Below, in pieces: positions 11,200 to 27,400 of a stretch of DNA of 64,000 bases. The stretch lies in the NCBI RefSeq assembly GCF_009914755.1, contig NC_060937.1; one strand, given 5' to 3'. The stretch comes from the human T2T-CHM13v2.0 reference genome, Homo sapiens. How positions within the stretch are numbered: the stretch's first letter is position 1; each line of letters opens with the position of its first letter. The position numbers and the translations under genes are program-made. Under the pieces are notes generated by a model. The model was given only the letters and a program-made list of their open reading frames with translations. It was not told where the DNA came from and made no database searches.

Positions 11200-14100
11200 C
11201 TGTACATAAAATATGAAATTACATCAAATATATATTAGGTACATAAAATATGAAAGTACATCAAATATAGATTATATACTGTACATAAAATATCAATGTA
11301 CCCCAAATATATATTTTATACTCTACATGAAATATGAAAGTTCACAAACCATATATTGTATACTGTACATAAAATATCAAAGTACCCAAGGTATGTATTC
11401 TATACTGTACAAAAAATATCAAAGTACCCAAAGAATGTATTATATACTGTACATAAAATATGAAAGTACATCAAATATATATTTTATTCTGTACATAAAA
11501 TATCAAAGTACACCAGATATATATTCTATAGTGTACATAAAATATCAAAGTACCTAAACTATACATTATATACTGTACATAAAATATGAAATTACATCAA
11601 ATATATATTATATTAGGTACATAAAATATGAAAGTACATCAAATATAGATTATATACTGTACATTAAGTACCAAAGTACCCCAAATATATATTTTATACT
11701 GTACATGAAATATCAAAGTTCACAAACTATATATTATATACTGTACATAAAATATCAAAGTACTCAAGGTATATATTCTATACTGTACAAAAAATAACAA
11801 AGTACCAAAAGCATGTATTATATACTGTACCTAAAATATGAAATTACATCAAATATATATTTTATTCTGTACATAAAATATCAAAGTACACCAGATATAT
11901 ATTCTATAGTGTACATAAAATATCAAAGTACCCAAACTATTTATTATATACTGTACATAAAATATGAAATTACATCAAATATATATTATATTAGGTACAT
12001 AAAATATGAAAGTACATCAAATATAGATTATATGCTGTACATTAAATACCAAAGTACCCCAAATATATATTATATACTGTACATGAAATATCAAAGTTCA
12101 CAAACTATATATTATATACTGTACATAAAATATCAAAGTACCCAAGGTATATATTCTATACTGTACAAAAAATATCAAAGTACCCAAAGCACGTATTATA
12201 TACTGTACATAAAATATGAAAGTACATCATATATATATTTTATTCTGTACATAAAATATCAAAGTACACCAGATATATATTCTATAGTGTACATAAAATA
12301 TCAAAGTACCCAAACTATACATTATATACTGTACATAAAATATGAAATTACATCAAATATATATTAGGTACATAAAATATGAAAGTACATCAAATATAGA
12401 TTATATACTGTACATAAAATAACAATGTTCCCCAAATATATATTTTATACTCTACATGAAATATCAAAGTTCACAAACCATATCTTATAAACTGTACATA
12501 AAATATCAAAGTACCCAATGTATATATTCTATACTGTACAAAAAATATCAAAGTACCCAAAGCATGTATTATATACTGTACATAAAATATGAAAGTACAT
12601 CAAATATAGATTTTATTCTGTACATAAAATATCAAAGTACACCAGATATATATTCTATAGTGTACATAAAATAACAAAGTACCCAAACTATACATTATAT
12701 ACTGTACATAAAATTTGAAATTACATAAAATATATATTATATTAGGTACATAAAATATGAAAGTACATCAAATATAGATTATATACTGTACATTAAATAC
12801 CAAAGTGTCCCAAATATATATTTTATACTGTGCATGAAATATCAAAGTTCACAAACTATATATTATATACTGTACATGTAATATCAAAGTACCCGAGGTA
12901 TATATTCTATACTGTACAAAAAATAACAAAGTACCAAAAGCATGTATTATATACTGTACATAAAATATGAAAGTACATCAAATATAGATTTTATTCTGTA
13001 CATAAAATATCAAAGTACACCAGATATATATTCTATAGTGTACATAAAATATCAAAGTACCCAAACTATACATTATATACTGTACATAAAACATGAAATT
13101 ACATAAAATATATATTATATTAGGTACATAAAATATGAAAGTATATCAAATATAGATTATATACTGTACATTAAATAGCAAAGTACCCCAAATATATATT
13201 TTATACTGTACATGAAATATCAAAGTTCACAAACTATATATTATATACTGTACATGTAATATCAAAGTACCCGAGGTATATATTCTATACTGTACAAAAA
13301 ATAACAAAGTACCAAAAGCACGTATTATATACTGTACCTAAAATATGAAATTACATCAAATATATATTTTATTCTGTACATAAAATATCAAAGTACACCA
13401 GATATATATTCTATAGTGTACATAAAATATCAAAGTACCCAAACTATACATTATATACTGTATATAAAATATGAAATTACATCAAATATATATTAGGTAC
13501 ATAAAATATGAAAGTACATCAAATAAAGATTATATACTGTACATAAAATATCAAAGTACCCCAAATATATATTATATACTGTACATGAAATATCAAAGTT
13601 CACAAACTATATATTATATACTGTACATAAAATATCAAGGTACCCAAAGTATATATTCTATACTGTACAAAAAATATCAAAGTACCCAAAGCATGTATTA
13701 TATACTGTACATAAAATATGAAAGTACATCAAATATATATTTTATTCTGTACATAAAATATCAAGGTACACCAGATATATATTCTATAGTGTACATAAAA
13801 TAGCAAAGTACACAAACTATCCATTATATACTGTACATAAAATATGAAATTACATCAAATATATATTAGGTACATAAAATATGAAAGTACATCAAATATA
13901 GATTATATACTGTACATAAAATATCAATGTACCCCAAATATATATTTTATACTGTACATGAAATATCAAAGTTCACAAACCATATATTATATACTGTACA
14001 TAAAATATCAAAGTACCCAAGCTATATATTCTATACTGCACAAAAAATATCAAAGTACCCAAAGCATGTATTATATACTGTATATAAAATATGAAAGTAC

Positions 14101-15400
14101 ATCAAATATATATTTTATTCTGTACATAAAATATCAAAGTACACCAGATATATATTCTATAGAGTACATAAAATATCAAAGTACCCAAACTATACATTAT
14201 ATACTGTACATAAAATATGAAATTACATCAAATATATATTATATTAGGTACATAAAATATGAAAGTACATCAAATATAGATTATATACTGTACATTAAAT
14301 ACCAAAGTACCCCGAATATATATTTTATACTGTACATGAAATATCAAAGTTCACACACTATGTATTATATACTGTACATAAAATATCAAAGTACCCAAGT
14401 TATATATTCTATACTGTACAAAAAATATCAAAGTACCCAAAGCATGTATTATATACTGTACATAAAATAGGAAATTACATCAAATATATATTTTATTCTG
14501 TACATAATGTATCAAAGTACACCAGACATATATTCTATAGAGTACATAAAATATCAAAGTACACCAGATATATATTCTATAGTGTACATAAAATATCAAA
14601 GTACCCAAACAACACATTATATACTGTACATAAAATATGAAATTACCTCAAATATATATTATATTAGGTACATAAAATATGAAAGTAAATCAAATATAGA
14701 TTATATACTGTACATAATATATCAAAGTACCCCAAATATATATTATATACTCTACATGAAATATCAAAGTTCACAAACTATATATTATAGACTGTACATA
14801 AAATATCAAAGTACCCAAGGTATATATTCTATACTGCACAAAAAAATCAAAGTACCCAAAGCATGTATTATATACTGTATTTAAAATATGAAAGTACATC
14901 AAATATATATTTTATTCTGTACATAATATATCAAAGTACACCAGATATATATTCTATAGTGTACATAAAATAACAAAGTACAAAAACTATAAATTATATA
15001 CTGTACATAAAATATGAAATTACATCAAATATATATTAGGTACATAAAATATGAAAGTACATCAAATATAGATTATATACTGTACATAAAATATCAATGT
15101 ACCCCAAATATATATTTTATACTCTACATGAAATATCAAAGTTCACAAACCATATATTGTATACTGTACATAAAATATCAAAGTACCCAAGGTATGTATT
15201 CTATACTGTACAAAAAATATCAAAGAACCCAAAGCATGTATTATATACTGTACATAAAATATGAAAGTACATCAAATATATATTTTATTCTGTACATAAA
15301 ATATCAAAGTACACCAGATATATATTCTATAGTGTACATAAAATATCAAAGTACCCAAACTATACATTATATACTGTACATAAAATATGAAATTACATCA
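11200..15400 (+). repeat. Multi-HOR block with dispersed copies at ~25.8-28.9 kb and ~47.45-51.6 kb
   Basis: ORF offset 14281 (11813/26094, 12456/26737, 13471/27752, 13844/28125, 14507/28788) and offset 36258 (11213/47471, 11813/48071, 12456/48714, 13471/49729). Confidence 0.85.
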
Positions 15401-18400
15401 AATATGTAAGTACTTAAAATATGAAAGTACATCAAATATAGATTATATACTCTACATTAAATACCAAAGTACCCCAAATATATATTTTATACTGTACATG
15501 AAATATCAAAGTTCACAAACTATATATTATATACTGTACATAAAATATCAAAGTACCCAAGGTATATATTCTATACTGTACAAAATATATCAAAGTACCC
15601 AAAGCATGTATTATATACTGTACATAAAATATGAAAGTACATCATATATATATTTTATTCTGTACATAAAATATCAAAGTACACCAGATATATATTCTAT
15701 AGTGTACATAAAATATCAAAGTACACAAACTATACATTATATACTGTACATAAAATATGAAATTACATCAAATATATATTAAGTACTTAAAATATGAAAG
15801 TACATCAAATATAGATTATATACTGTACATAAAATATCAATGTACCCCAAATATATATTTTATACTCTACATGAAATATCAAAGTTCAAAAATCATATAT
15901 TATATACTGTACATAAAATATCAAAGTACCCAAGGTATATATTCTATACTATACAAAAAATATCAAGGTACCCAAAGCATGTATTATATATTGTACATAA
16001 AATATGAAAGTACATCAAATATATATTTTATTCTGTACATAAAATATCAAAGTACACCAGATATATATTCTATAGTGTACATAAAATATCAAAGTACCCA
16101 AACTATACATTATATACTGTACATAAAATATGAAATTACATCAAATATATATTAGGTACATAAAATATGAAAGTACATCAAATATAGATTATATACTGTA
16201 CATAAATTATCAAAGTACCCCAAATATATATTATATACTCTACAGGAAATATCAAAGTTCACACACTATATATTATATACTGTACATAAAATATCAAAGT
16301 ACCCAAGGTATATATTCTATACTGTACAAAAAATATCAATATACCCAAAGCATGTATTATATACTGTATATAAAATATGAAAGTACATCAAATATATATT
16401 TTATTCTGTACATAAAATATCAAAGTACACCAGATATATATTCTATAGTGTACATAAAATAACAAAGTACACAATCTATAAATTATATACTGTACATAAA
16501 ATATGAAATTACATCAAATATATATTAGGTACATAAAATATGAAAGTACATCAAATATAGACTATATACTGTACATAAAATATCAATGTACCCCAAATAT
16601 ATATTTTATACTCTACATGAAATATCAAAGTTCACAAACCATATATTGTATACTGTACATAAAATATCAAAGTACCCAAGGTATGTATTCTGTACTGTAC
16701 AAAAAATATCAAAGTACCCAAAGCATGTATTATATGCTGTACATAAAATATGAAAGTACATCAAATATATATTTTATTCTGTACATAAAATATCAAAGTA
16801 CACCAGATATATATTCTATAGTGTACATAAAATATCAAAGTACCCAAACTATACATTATATACTGTACATAAAATATGAAATTACATCAAATATATATTA
16901 TATTAGGTACATAAAATATGAAAGTACATCAAATATAGATTATATACTGTACATTAAGTACCAAAGTACCCCAAATATATATTTTATACTGTACATGAAA
17001 TATCAAAGTTCACAAACTATATATTATATACTGTACATAAAATATCAAAGTACTCAAGGTATATATTCTATACTGTACAAAAAATAACAAAGTACCAAAA
17101 GCATGTATTATATACTGTACCTAAAATATGAAATTACATCAAATATATATTTTATTCTGTACATAAAATATCAAAGTACACCAGATATATATTCTATAGT
17201 GTACATAAAATATCAAAGTACCCAAACTATTTATTATATACTGTACATAAAATATGAAATTACATCAAATATATATTATATTAGGTACATAAAATATGAA
17301 AGTACATCAGATATAGATTATATGCTGTACATTAAATACCAAAGTACCCCAAATATATATTTTATACTGTACATGAAATATCAAAGTTCACAAACTATAT
17401 ATTATATACTGTACATAAAATATCAAAGTACCCAAGGTATATATTCTATACTGTACAAAAAATATCAAAGTACTCAAAGCACGTATTATATACTGTACAT
17501 AAAATATGAAAGTACATCATATATATATTTTATTCTGTACATAAAATATCAAAGTACACCAGATATATATTCTATAGTGTACATAAAATATCAAAGTACC
17601 CAAACTATACATTATATACTGTACATAAAATATGAAATTACATCAAATATATATTAAGTACTTAAAATATGAAAGTACATCAAATATAGATTATATACTG
17701 TACATAAAATATCAATGTACCCCAAATATATATTTTATACTCTACATGAAATATCAAAGTTCAAAAATCATATATTATATACTGTACATAAAATATCAAA
17801 GTACCCAAGGTATATATTCTTTACTATACAAAAAATATCAAGGTACCCAAAGCATGTATTATATATTGTACATAAAATATGAAAGTACATCAAATATATA
17901 TTTTATTCTGTACATAAAATATCAAAGTACACCAGATATATATTCTATAGTGTACATAAAATATCAAAGTACCCAAACTATACATTATATACTGTACATA
18001 AAATATGAAATTACATCAAATATATATTTTATTAGGAACATAAAATATGAAAGTACATCAAATATAGATTATATGCTGTACATTAAATACCAAAGTACCC
18101 CAAATATATATTTTATACTGTACATGAAATATCAAAGTTCACAAACTATATATTATATACTGTACATAAAATATAAAAGTACCCAAGGTATATATTCTAT
18201 ACTGTACAAAAAATATCAAAGTACGCAAAGCACGTATTATATACTGTACATAAAATATGAAAGTACATCACATATATATTTTATTCTGTACATAAAATAT
18301 CAAAGTACACCAGATATATATACTATAGTTTACATAAAATATCAAAGTACCCAAACTATACATTATATACTGTACATAAAATATGAAATTACATCAAATT

Positions 18401-21400
18401 TATATTAGGTACATAAAATATGAAAGTACATCAAATATAGATTATATACTGTACATAAAATATCAAAGTACCCCAAATATATATTATATACTCTACATGA
18501 AATATCAAAATTCACAAACTATATATTATATACTGTACATAAAATATCAAAGTACCCAAGGTATATTTTCTATACTGTACAAAAAATATCAAAGTACCCA
18601 AAGCATGTATTATATACTGTACATAAAATATGAAAGTACATCAAATATATATTTTATTCTGTACATAAAATATCAAAGTACACCAGATATATATTCTATA
18701 GTGTACATAAAATAACAAAGTACACAAACTATAAATTATATACTGTACATAAAATATGAAATTACATCAAATATATATTAGGTACATAAAATATGAAATT
18801 ACATCAAATATAGATTATATACTGTACATATAATATCAATGTACCCCAAATATATATTTTATTCTCTACATCAAATATCAAAGTTCACAAAGCATACATT
18901 ATATACTGTACATAAAATATCAAAGTACCCAAGGTATATATTCTATACTGTACAAAAAATATCAAAGTACCCAAAGCATGTATTATATACTGTACATAAA
19001 ATATGAATGTACATCAAATATATATTTTATTCTGTACATAAAATATCAAAGCACACCAGATATATATTCTATAGTGTACATAAAATAACAAAGTACACAA
19101 ACTATACATTATATACTGTACATGAAATATGAAATTACATCACATATATATTAGGTACATAAAATATGAAAGTACATCAAATATAGATTATATACTGTAC
19201 ATAAAATATCAATGTACCCCAAATATATATTTTATACTCTACATGAAATATCAAATTTCACAAACCATATATTATATACTGTCCATAAAATATCAAAGTA
19301 CCCAAGGTATATATTCTATACTGTACAAAAAATATCAAAGTACCCAAAGCATGTATTATATACTGTATATAAAATATGAAAGTACATTAAATATATATTT
19401 TATTCTGTACATAAAATATCAAAGTACACCAGATATATATTCTATAGTGTACATAAAATAACAAAGTACACAAACTATAAATTATATACTGTACATAAAA
19501 TATGAAATTACATCAAATATATATTAGGTACATAAAATATGAAAGTACATCAAATATAGATTATATACAGTACATATACTATCAATGTACCCCAAATATA
19601 TATTTTATACTCTACATCAAATATCAAAGTTCACACACTATATATTATATACTGTACATAAAATATCAAAGTACCCAAGGTATATATTCTATACTGTACA
19701 AAAAATATCAAAGTACCCAAAGCATGTATTATATTCTGTATATAAAATATGAAAGTACATCAAATATATATTTTATTCTGTACATAAAATATCAAAGTAC
19801 ACCAGATATATATTCTATAGTGTACATAAAATAACAAAGTACACAAACTATAAATTATATACTGTACATAAAATATGAAATTACATCAAATATATATTAG
19901 GTACATAAAATATGAAAGTACATCAAATATAGATTATATACTGTACATATAATATCAATGTACCCCAAATATATATTTTATTCTCTACATGAAATATGAA
20001 AGTTCACAAACCATATATTATATACTGTACATAAAATATCAAAGTACCCAAGGTATGTATTCTATACTGTACAAAAAATATCAAAGTACCCAAAGCATGT
20101 ATTATATACTGTACATAAAATATGAAAGTACATCAAATATATATTTTATTCTGTACATAAAATATCAAAGTACACCAGATATATATTCTATAGTGTACAT
20201 AAAATATCAAAGTACCCAAACTATACATTATATACTGTACATAAAATATGAAATTACATCAAATATATATTAGGTACATAAAATATGAAAGTACATCAAA
20301 TATAGATTATATACTGTACATAAAATATCAATGTACCCCAAATATATATTTTATACTCTACATGAAATATCAAAGTTCACAAACCATATCTTATATACTG
20401 TACATAAAATATCAAAGTACTCAAGGTATATATTCTATACTGTACAAAAAATATCAAAGTACCCAAAGCATGTATTATATACTGTACATAAAATATGAAA
20501 GTACATCAAATATAGATTTTATTCTGTACATAAAATATCAAAGTACACCAGATATATATTCTATAGTGTACATAAAATATCAAAGTACCAAAACTATACA
20601 TTATATACTGTACATAAAATATGAAATTACATCAAATATATATTAGGTACATAAAATATGAAAGTACATCAAATATAGATTATATACTGTACATAAAATA
20701 TCAATGTACCCCAAATATATATTTTATACTCTACATGAAATATCAAAGTTCACAAACCATATCTTATATACTGTACATAAAATATCAAAGTACCCAAGGT
20801 ATATATTCTATACTGTACAAAAAATATCAAAGTACCCAAAGCATGTATTATATACTGTACATAAAATATGAAAGTACATAAAATATAGATTTTATTCTGT
20901 ACATAAAATATCAAAGTACACCAGATATATATTCTATAGTGTACATAAAATATCAAAGTACCCAAACTATACATTATATACTGTACATAAAATATGAAAT
21001 TACATAAAATATATATTATATTAGGTACATAAAATATGAAAGTACATCAAATATAGATTATATACTGTACATTAAATACCAAAGTACCCCAAATATATAT
21101 TTTATATTGTACATGAAATATCAAAGTTCACAAACTATATATTATATACTGTACATGTAATATCAAAGTACCCGAGGTATATATTCTATACTGTACAAAA
21201 AATAACAAAGTACCAAAAGCATTTATTATATACTGTACATAAAATATGAAAGTACATCAAATATAGATTTTATTCTGTACATAAAATATCAAAGTACACC
21301 AGATATATATTCTATAGTGTACATAAAATATCAAAGTACCCAAACTATACATTATATACTGTACATAAAACATGAAATTACATAAAATATATATTATATT

Positions 21401-24400
21401 AGGTACATAAAATATGAAAGTATATCAAATATAGATTATATACTGTACATTAAATAGCAAAGTACCCCAAATATATATTTTATACTGTACATGAAATATC
21501 AAAGTTCACAAACTATATATTATATACTGTACATGTAATATCAAAGTATCCGAGGTATATATTCTATACTGTACAAAAAATAACAAAGTACCAAACGCAT
21601 GTATTATATACTGTACCTAAAATATGAAATTACATCAAATATATATTTTATTCTGTACATAAAATATCAAAGTACAACAGATATATATTCTATAGTGTAC
21701 ATAAAATATCAAAGTACCCAAACTATACATTATATACTGTACATAAAATATGAAATTACATCAAATATATATTATATTAGGTACATAAAATATGAAAGTA
21801 CATCAAATATAGATTATATACTGTCCATAAAATATCAATGTACCCAAGGTATATATTCTATACTGTACATGAAATATCAAAGTTCACAAACTATATATTA
21901 TATACTGTACATAAAATATCAAAGTACTCAAGGTATATATTGTATACTGTACAAAAGATATCAAAGTACCCAAAGCATGTATTATATACTGTACATAAAA
22001 TTTGAAATTACATCAAATATATATTTTATTCTGTACATAAAATATCAAAGTACACCAGATATATGTTCTATAGTGTACATAAAATATCAAAGTACGCAAA
22101 CTATACATTATATACTGTACATAAAATATGAAATTACATCAAATATATATTATATTAGGTACATAAAATATGAAAGTACATCAAATATAGATTATATACT
22201 GTACATAAAATATCAAAGTACCCCAAATATATATTATATACTCTACATGAAATATGAAAGTTAACAAACTATATATTATATACTGTACATAAAATATCAA
22301 AGTACCCAAGGTATATATTCTATACTGTACAAAAAATATCAAAGTACCCAAAGCATGTATTATATACTGTATATAAAATATGAAAGAACATCAAATATAT
22401 ATTGGGTACATAAAATATGAAAGTACATCAAATATAGATTATATACTGTCCATAAAATATCAAAGTACCCAAGGTATATATTCTATACTGTACAAAAAAT
22501 ATCAAAGTACCCAAAGCATGTATTATATACTGTACATAAAATATGAAAGTACATCAAATATATATTTTATTCTGTACATAAAATATCAAAGTACACCAGA
22601 TATGTATTCTATAGTGTGCATAAAATAACAAAGTACACACACTATAAATTATATACTGTACATAAAATATGAAATTACATCAAATATATATTAGGTACAT
22701 AAAATATGAAAGTACATCAAATATAGATTATATACTGTACATAAAATATCAATGTACCCCAAATATATATTTTATACTCTACATGAAATATCAAAGTTCA
22801 CAAACCATATATTACATACTGTACATATAATATCAAAGTACCCAAGGTATATATTCTATACTGTACAAAAAATATCAAAGTACCCAAAGCATGTATTATA
22901 TACTGTACATAAAATATGAAAGTACATCAAATATATATTTTATTCTGTACGTAAAATATCAAAGTACACCAGGTATATATTCTATAGTGTGCATAAAATA
23001 TCAAAGTACCCAAACTATAAATTATATACTGTACATAAAATATGAAATTACATCAAATATATATTATATTAGGTACATAAAATATGAAAGTACATCAAAT
23101 ATAGATTATATACTGTCCATAAAATATCAAAGTACCCAAGGTATATATTCTATACTGTACAAAAAATATCAAAGTACCCAAAGCATGTATTATATACTGT
23201 ACATAAAATATGAAAGTACATCAAATATATATTTTATTCTGTACGTAAAATATCAAAGTACACCAGGTATATATTCTATAGTGTGCATAAAATAACAAAG
23301 TACACAAACTATAAATTATATACTGTACATAAAAAATGAAATTACATCAAATATATATTAGGTACATAAAATATGAAAGTACATCACATATAGATTATAT
23401 TCTGTACATAAAATATCAATGAACCCCAAATATATATTTTATACTCTACATGAGATATCAAAGTTCACAAACCATATATTATATACTATACATAAAATAT
23501 CAAAGTACCAAAGGTATATATTCTATACTGTACAAAAAATATCAAAGTACCCAAAGCATGTATTATATACTGTACATAAAATATGAAAGTACATCAAATA
23601 TATATTTTATTCTGTACATAAAATATCAAAGTACACCAGGTATATATTCTATAGTGTGCATAAAATAACAAAGTACACACACTATAAATTATATACTGTA
23701 CATAAAATATGAAATTACATCAAACATATATTAGGTACATAAAATATGAAAGTACATCAAATATAGATTATATACTGTACATAAAATATCAATGTACCCC
23801 AAATATATATTTTATACTCTACATGAGATATCAAAGTTCACAAACCATATATTATATACTATACATAAAATATCAAAGTACCCAAGGTATATATTCTATA
23901 CTGTACAAAAAATATCAAACTACCCAAAGCATGTATTATATACTGTACATAATATATGAAAGTACATCAATTATATATTTTATTCTGTACACAAAATAAC
24001 AAAGTACACCAGATATATATTCTATAGTGTACATAAAATATCAAAGTACCCAAACTATGCATTATATACTGTACATAAAATATGAAATTACATCAAATAT
24101 ATATTAGGTACATAAAATATGAAAGTTCATCAAATATAGATTATATACTGTACATAAAATATCAAAGTACCCCAAATATATATTATATACTCTACATGAA
24201 ATATCAAAGTTCACAAACTATATATTATATACTGTACATAAAATATCAAAGTACCCAAGGTATATATTGTATACTGTACAAAAAATATCAAAGTACCCAA
24301 AGCATGTATTATATACTGTACATAAAATATGAAAGTACATCAAATATATATTTTATTCTGTACATAAAATATCAAAGTACACCAGATATATATTCTATAG

Positions 24401-27400
24401 TGTACATAAAATAACAAAGTACACAAACTATAAATTATATACTGTACATAAAATATGAAATTACATCAAATATATATTAGGTACATAAAATATGAAAGTA
24501 CATCACATATAGATTATATACTGTACATAAAATATCAATGTACCCCAAATATATATTTTATACTCTACATGAAATATAAAAGTTCACAAACCATATATTA
24601 TATACTGTACATAAAATATCAAAGTACCCAAGGTATATATTGTATACTGTATAAAAAATATCAAAGTACCCAAAGCATGTATTATATATGGTACATAAAA
24701 TATGAAAGTACATCAAATATATATTTTATTCTGTACATAAAATATCAAAGTACACCAGATATACATTCTATAGTGTACATAAAATATCAAAGTACCCAAA
24801 CTATACATTATATACTGCACATAAAATGTGAAATTACATCAAATATATATTATATTAGGTACAAAAATATGAAAGTACATCAAATATAGATTATATACTG
24901 TCCATAAAATATCAATGTACCCAAGGTATATATTCTATACTGTACAAAAAATATCAAAGTACCCAAAGCATGTATTATATACTGTACATAAAATATGAAA
25001 GTACATCAAATATATATTTTATTCTGTACATAAAATATCAAAGTACACCAGGTATATATTCTATAGTGTGCATAAAGTAACAAAGTACACACACTATAAA
25101 TTATATACTGTACATAAAATATGAAATTACATCAAATATATATTAGGTACATAAAATATGAAAGTACATCAAATATAGATTATATACTGTACATAAAATA
25201 TCAATGTACCCCAAATATATATTTTATACTCTACATGAGATATCAAAGTTCACAAACCATATATTATATACTATACATAAAATATCAAAGTACCCAAGGT
25301 ATATATTCTATACTGTACAAAAAATATCAAAGTACCCAAAGCATGTATTATATACTGTACATAATATATGAAAGTACATCAATTATATATTTTCTTCTGT
25401 ACACAAAATATCAAAGTACACCAGATATATATTCTATAGTGTACATAAAATATCAAAGTACCCAAACTATGCATTATATACTCTACATAAAATATGAAAT
25501 TACATCAAATATATATTAGGTACATAAAATATGAAAGTACATCAAATATAGATTATATACTGTACATAAAATATCAAAGTACCCCAAATATATATTATAT
25601 ACTCTACATGAAATATCAAAGTTCACAAACTATATATTATATACTGTACATAAAATATCAAAGTACCCAAGGTATATATTGTATAGTGTACAAAAAATAT
25701 CAAAGTACCCAAAGCATGTATTATATACTGTACATAAAATATGAAAGTACATCAAATATATATTTTATTCTGTACATAAAATATCAAAGTACACCAGATA
25801 TATATTCTATAGTGTACATAAAATAACAAAGTACCCAAACTATACATTATATACTGTACATAAAATATGAAATTACATCAAATATATATTATATTAGGTA
25901 CATAAAATATGAAAGTACATCAAATATAGATTATATACTGTACATTAAGTACCAAAGTACCCCAAATATATATTTTATACTGTACATGAAATATCAAAGT
26001 TCACAAACTATATATTATATACTGTACATAAAATATCAAAGTACTCAAGGTATATATTCTATACTGTACAAAAAATAACAAAGTACCAAAAGCATGTATT
26101 ATATACTGTACCTAAAATATGAAATTACATCAAATATATATTTTATTCTGTACATAAAATATCAAAGTACACCAGATATATATTCTATAGTGTACATAAA
26201 ATATCAAAGTACCCAAACTATTTATTATATACTGTACATAAAATATGAAATTACATCAAATATATATTATATTAGGTACATAAAATATGAAAGTACATCA
26301 AATATAGATTATATGCTGTACATTAAATACCAAAGTACCCCAAATATATATTTTATACTGTACATGAAATATCAAAGTTCACAAACTATATATTATATAC
26401 TGTACATAAAATATCAAAGTACCCAAGGTATATATTCTATACTGTACAAAAAATATCAAAGTACCCAAAGCACGTATTATATACTGTACATAAAATATGA
26501 AAGTACATCATATATATATTTTATTCTGTACATAAAATATCAAAGTACACCAGATATATATTCTATAGTGTACATAAAATATCAAAGTACCCAAACTATA
26601 CATTATATACTGTACATAAAATATGAAATTACATCAAATATATATTAGGTACATAAAATATGAAAGTACATCAAATATAGATTATATACTGTACATAAAA
26701 TAACAATGTACCCCAAATATATATTTTATACTCTACATGAAATATCAAAGTTCACAAACCATATCTTATAAACTGTACATAAAATATCAAAGTACCCAAG
26801 GTATATATTCTATACTGTACAAAAAATATCAAAGTACCCAAAGCATGTATTATATACTGTACATAAAATATGAAAGTACATCAAATATAGATTTTATTCT
26901 GTACATAAAATATCAAAGTACACCAGATATATATTCTATAGTGTACATAAAATAACAAAGTACCCAAACTATACATTATATACTGTACATAAAATTTGAA
27001 ATTACATAAAATATATATTATATTAGGTACATAAAATATGAAAGTACATCAAATATAGATTATATACTGTACATTAAATACCAAAGTACCCCAAATATAT
27101 ATTTTATACTGTACATGAAATATCAAAGTTCACAAACTATATATTATATACTGTACATGTAATATCAAAGTACCCGAGGTATATATTCTATACTGTACAA
27201 AAAATAACAAAGTACCAAAAGCATGTATTACATACTGTACATAAAATATGAAAGTACATCAAATATAGATTTTATTCTGTACATAAAATATCAAAGTACA
27301 CCAGATATATATTCTATAGTGTACATAAAATATGAAAGTACCCAAACTATACATTATATACTGTACATAAAACATGAAATTACATAAAATATATATTATA

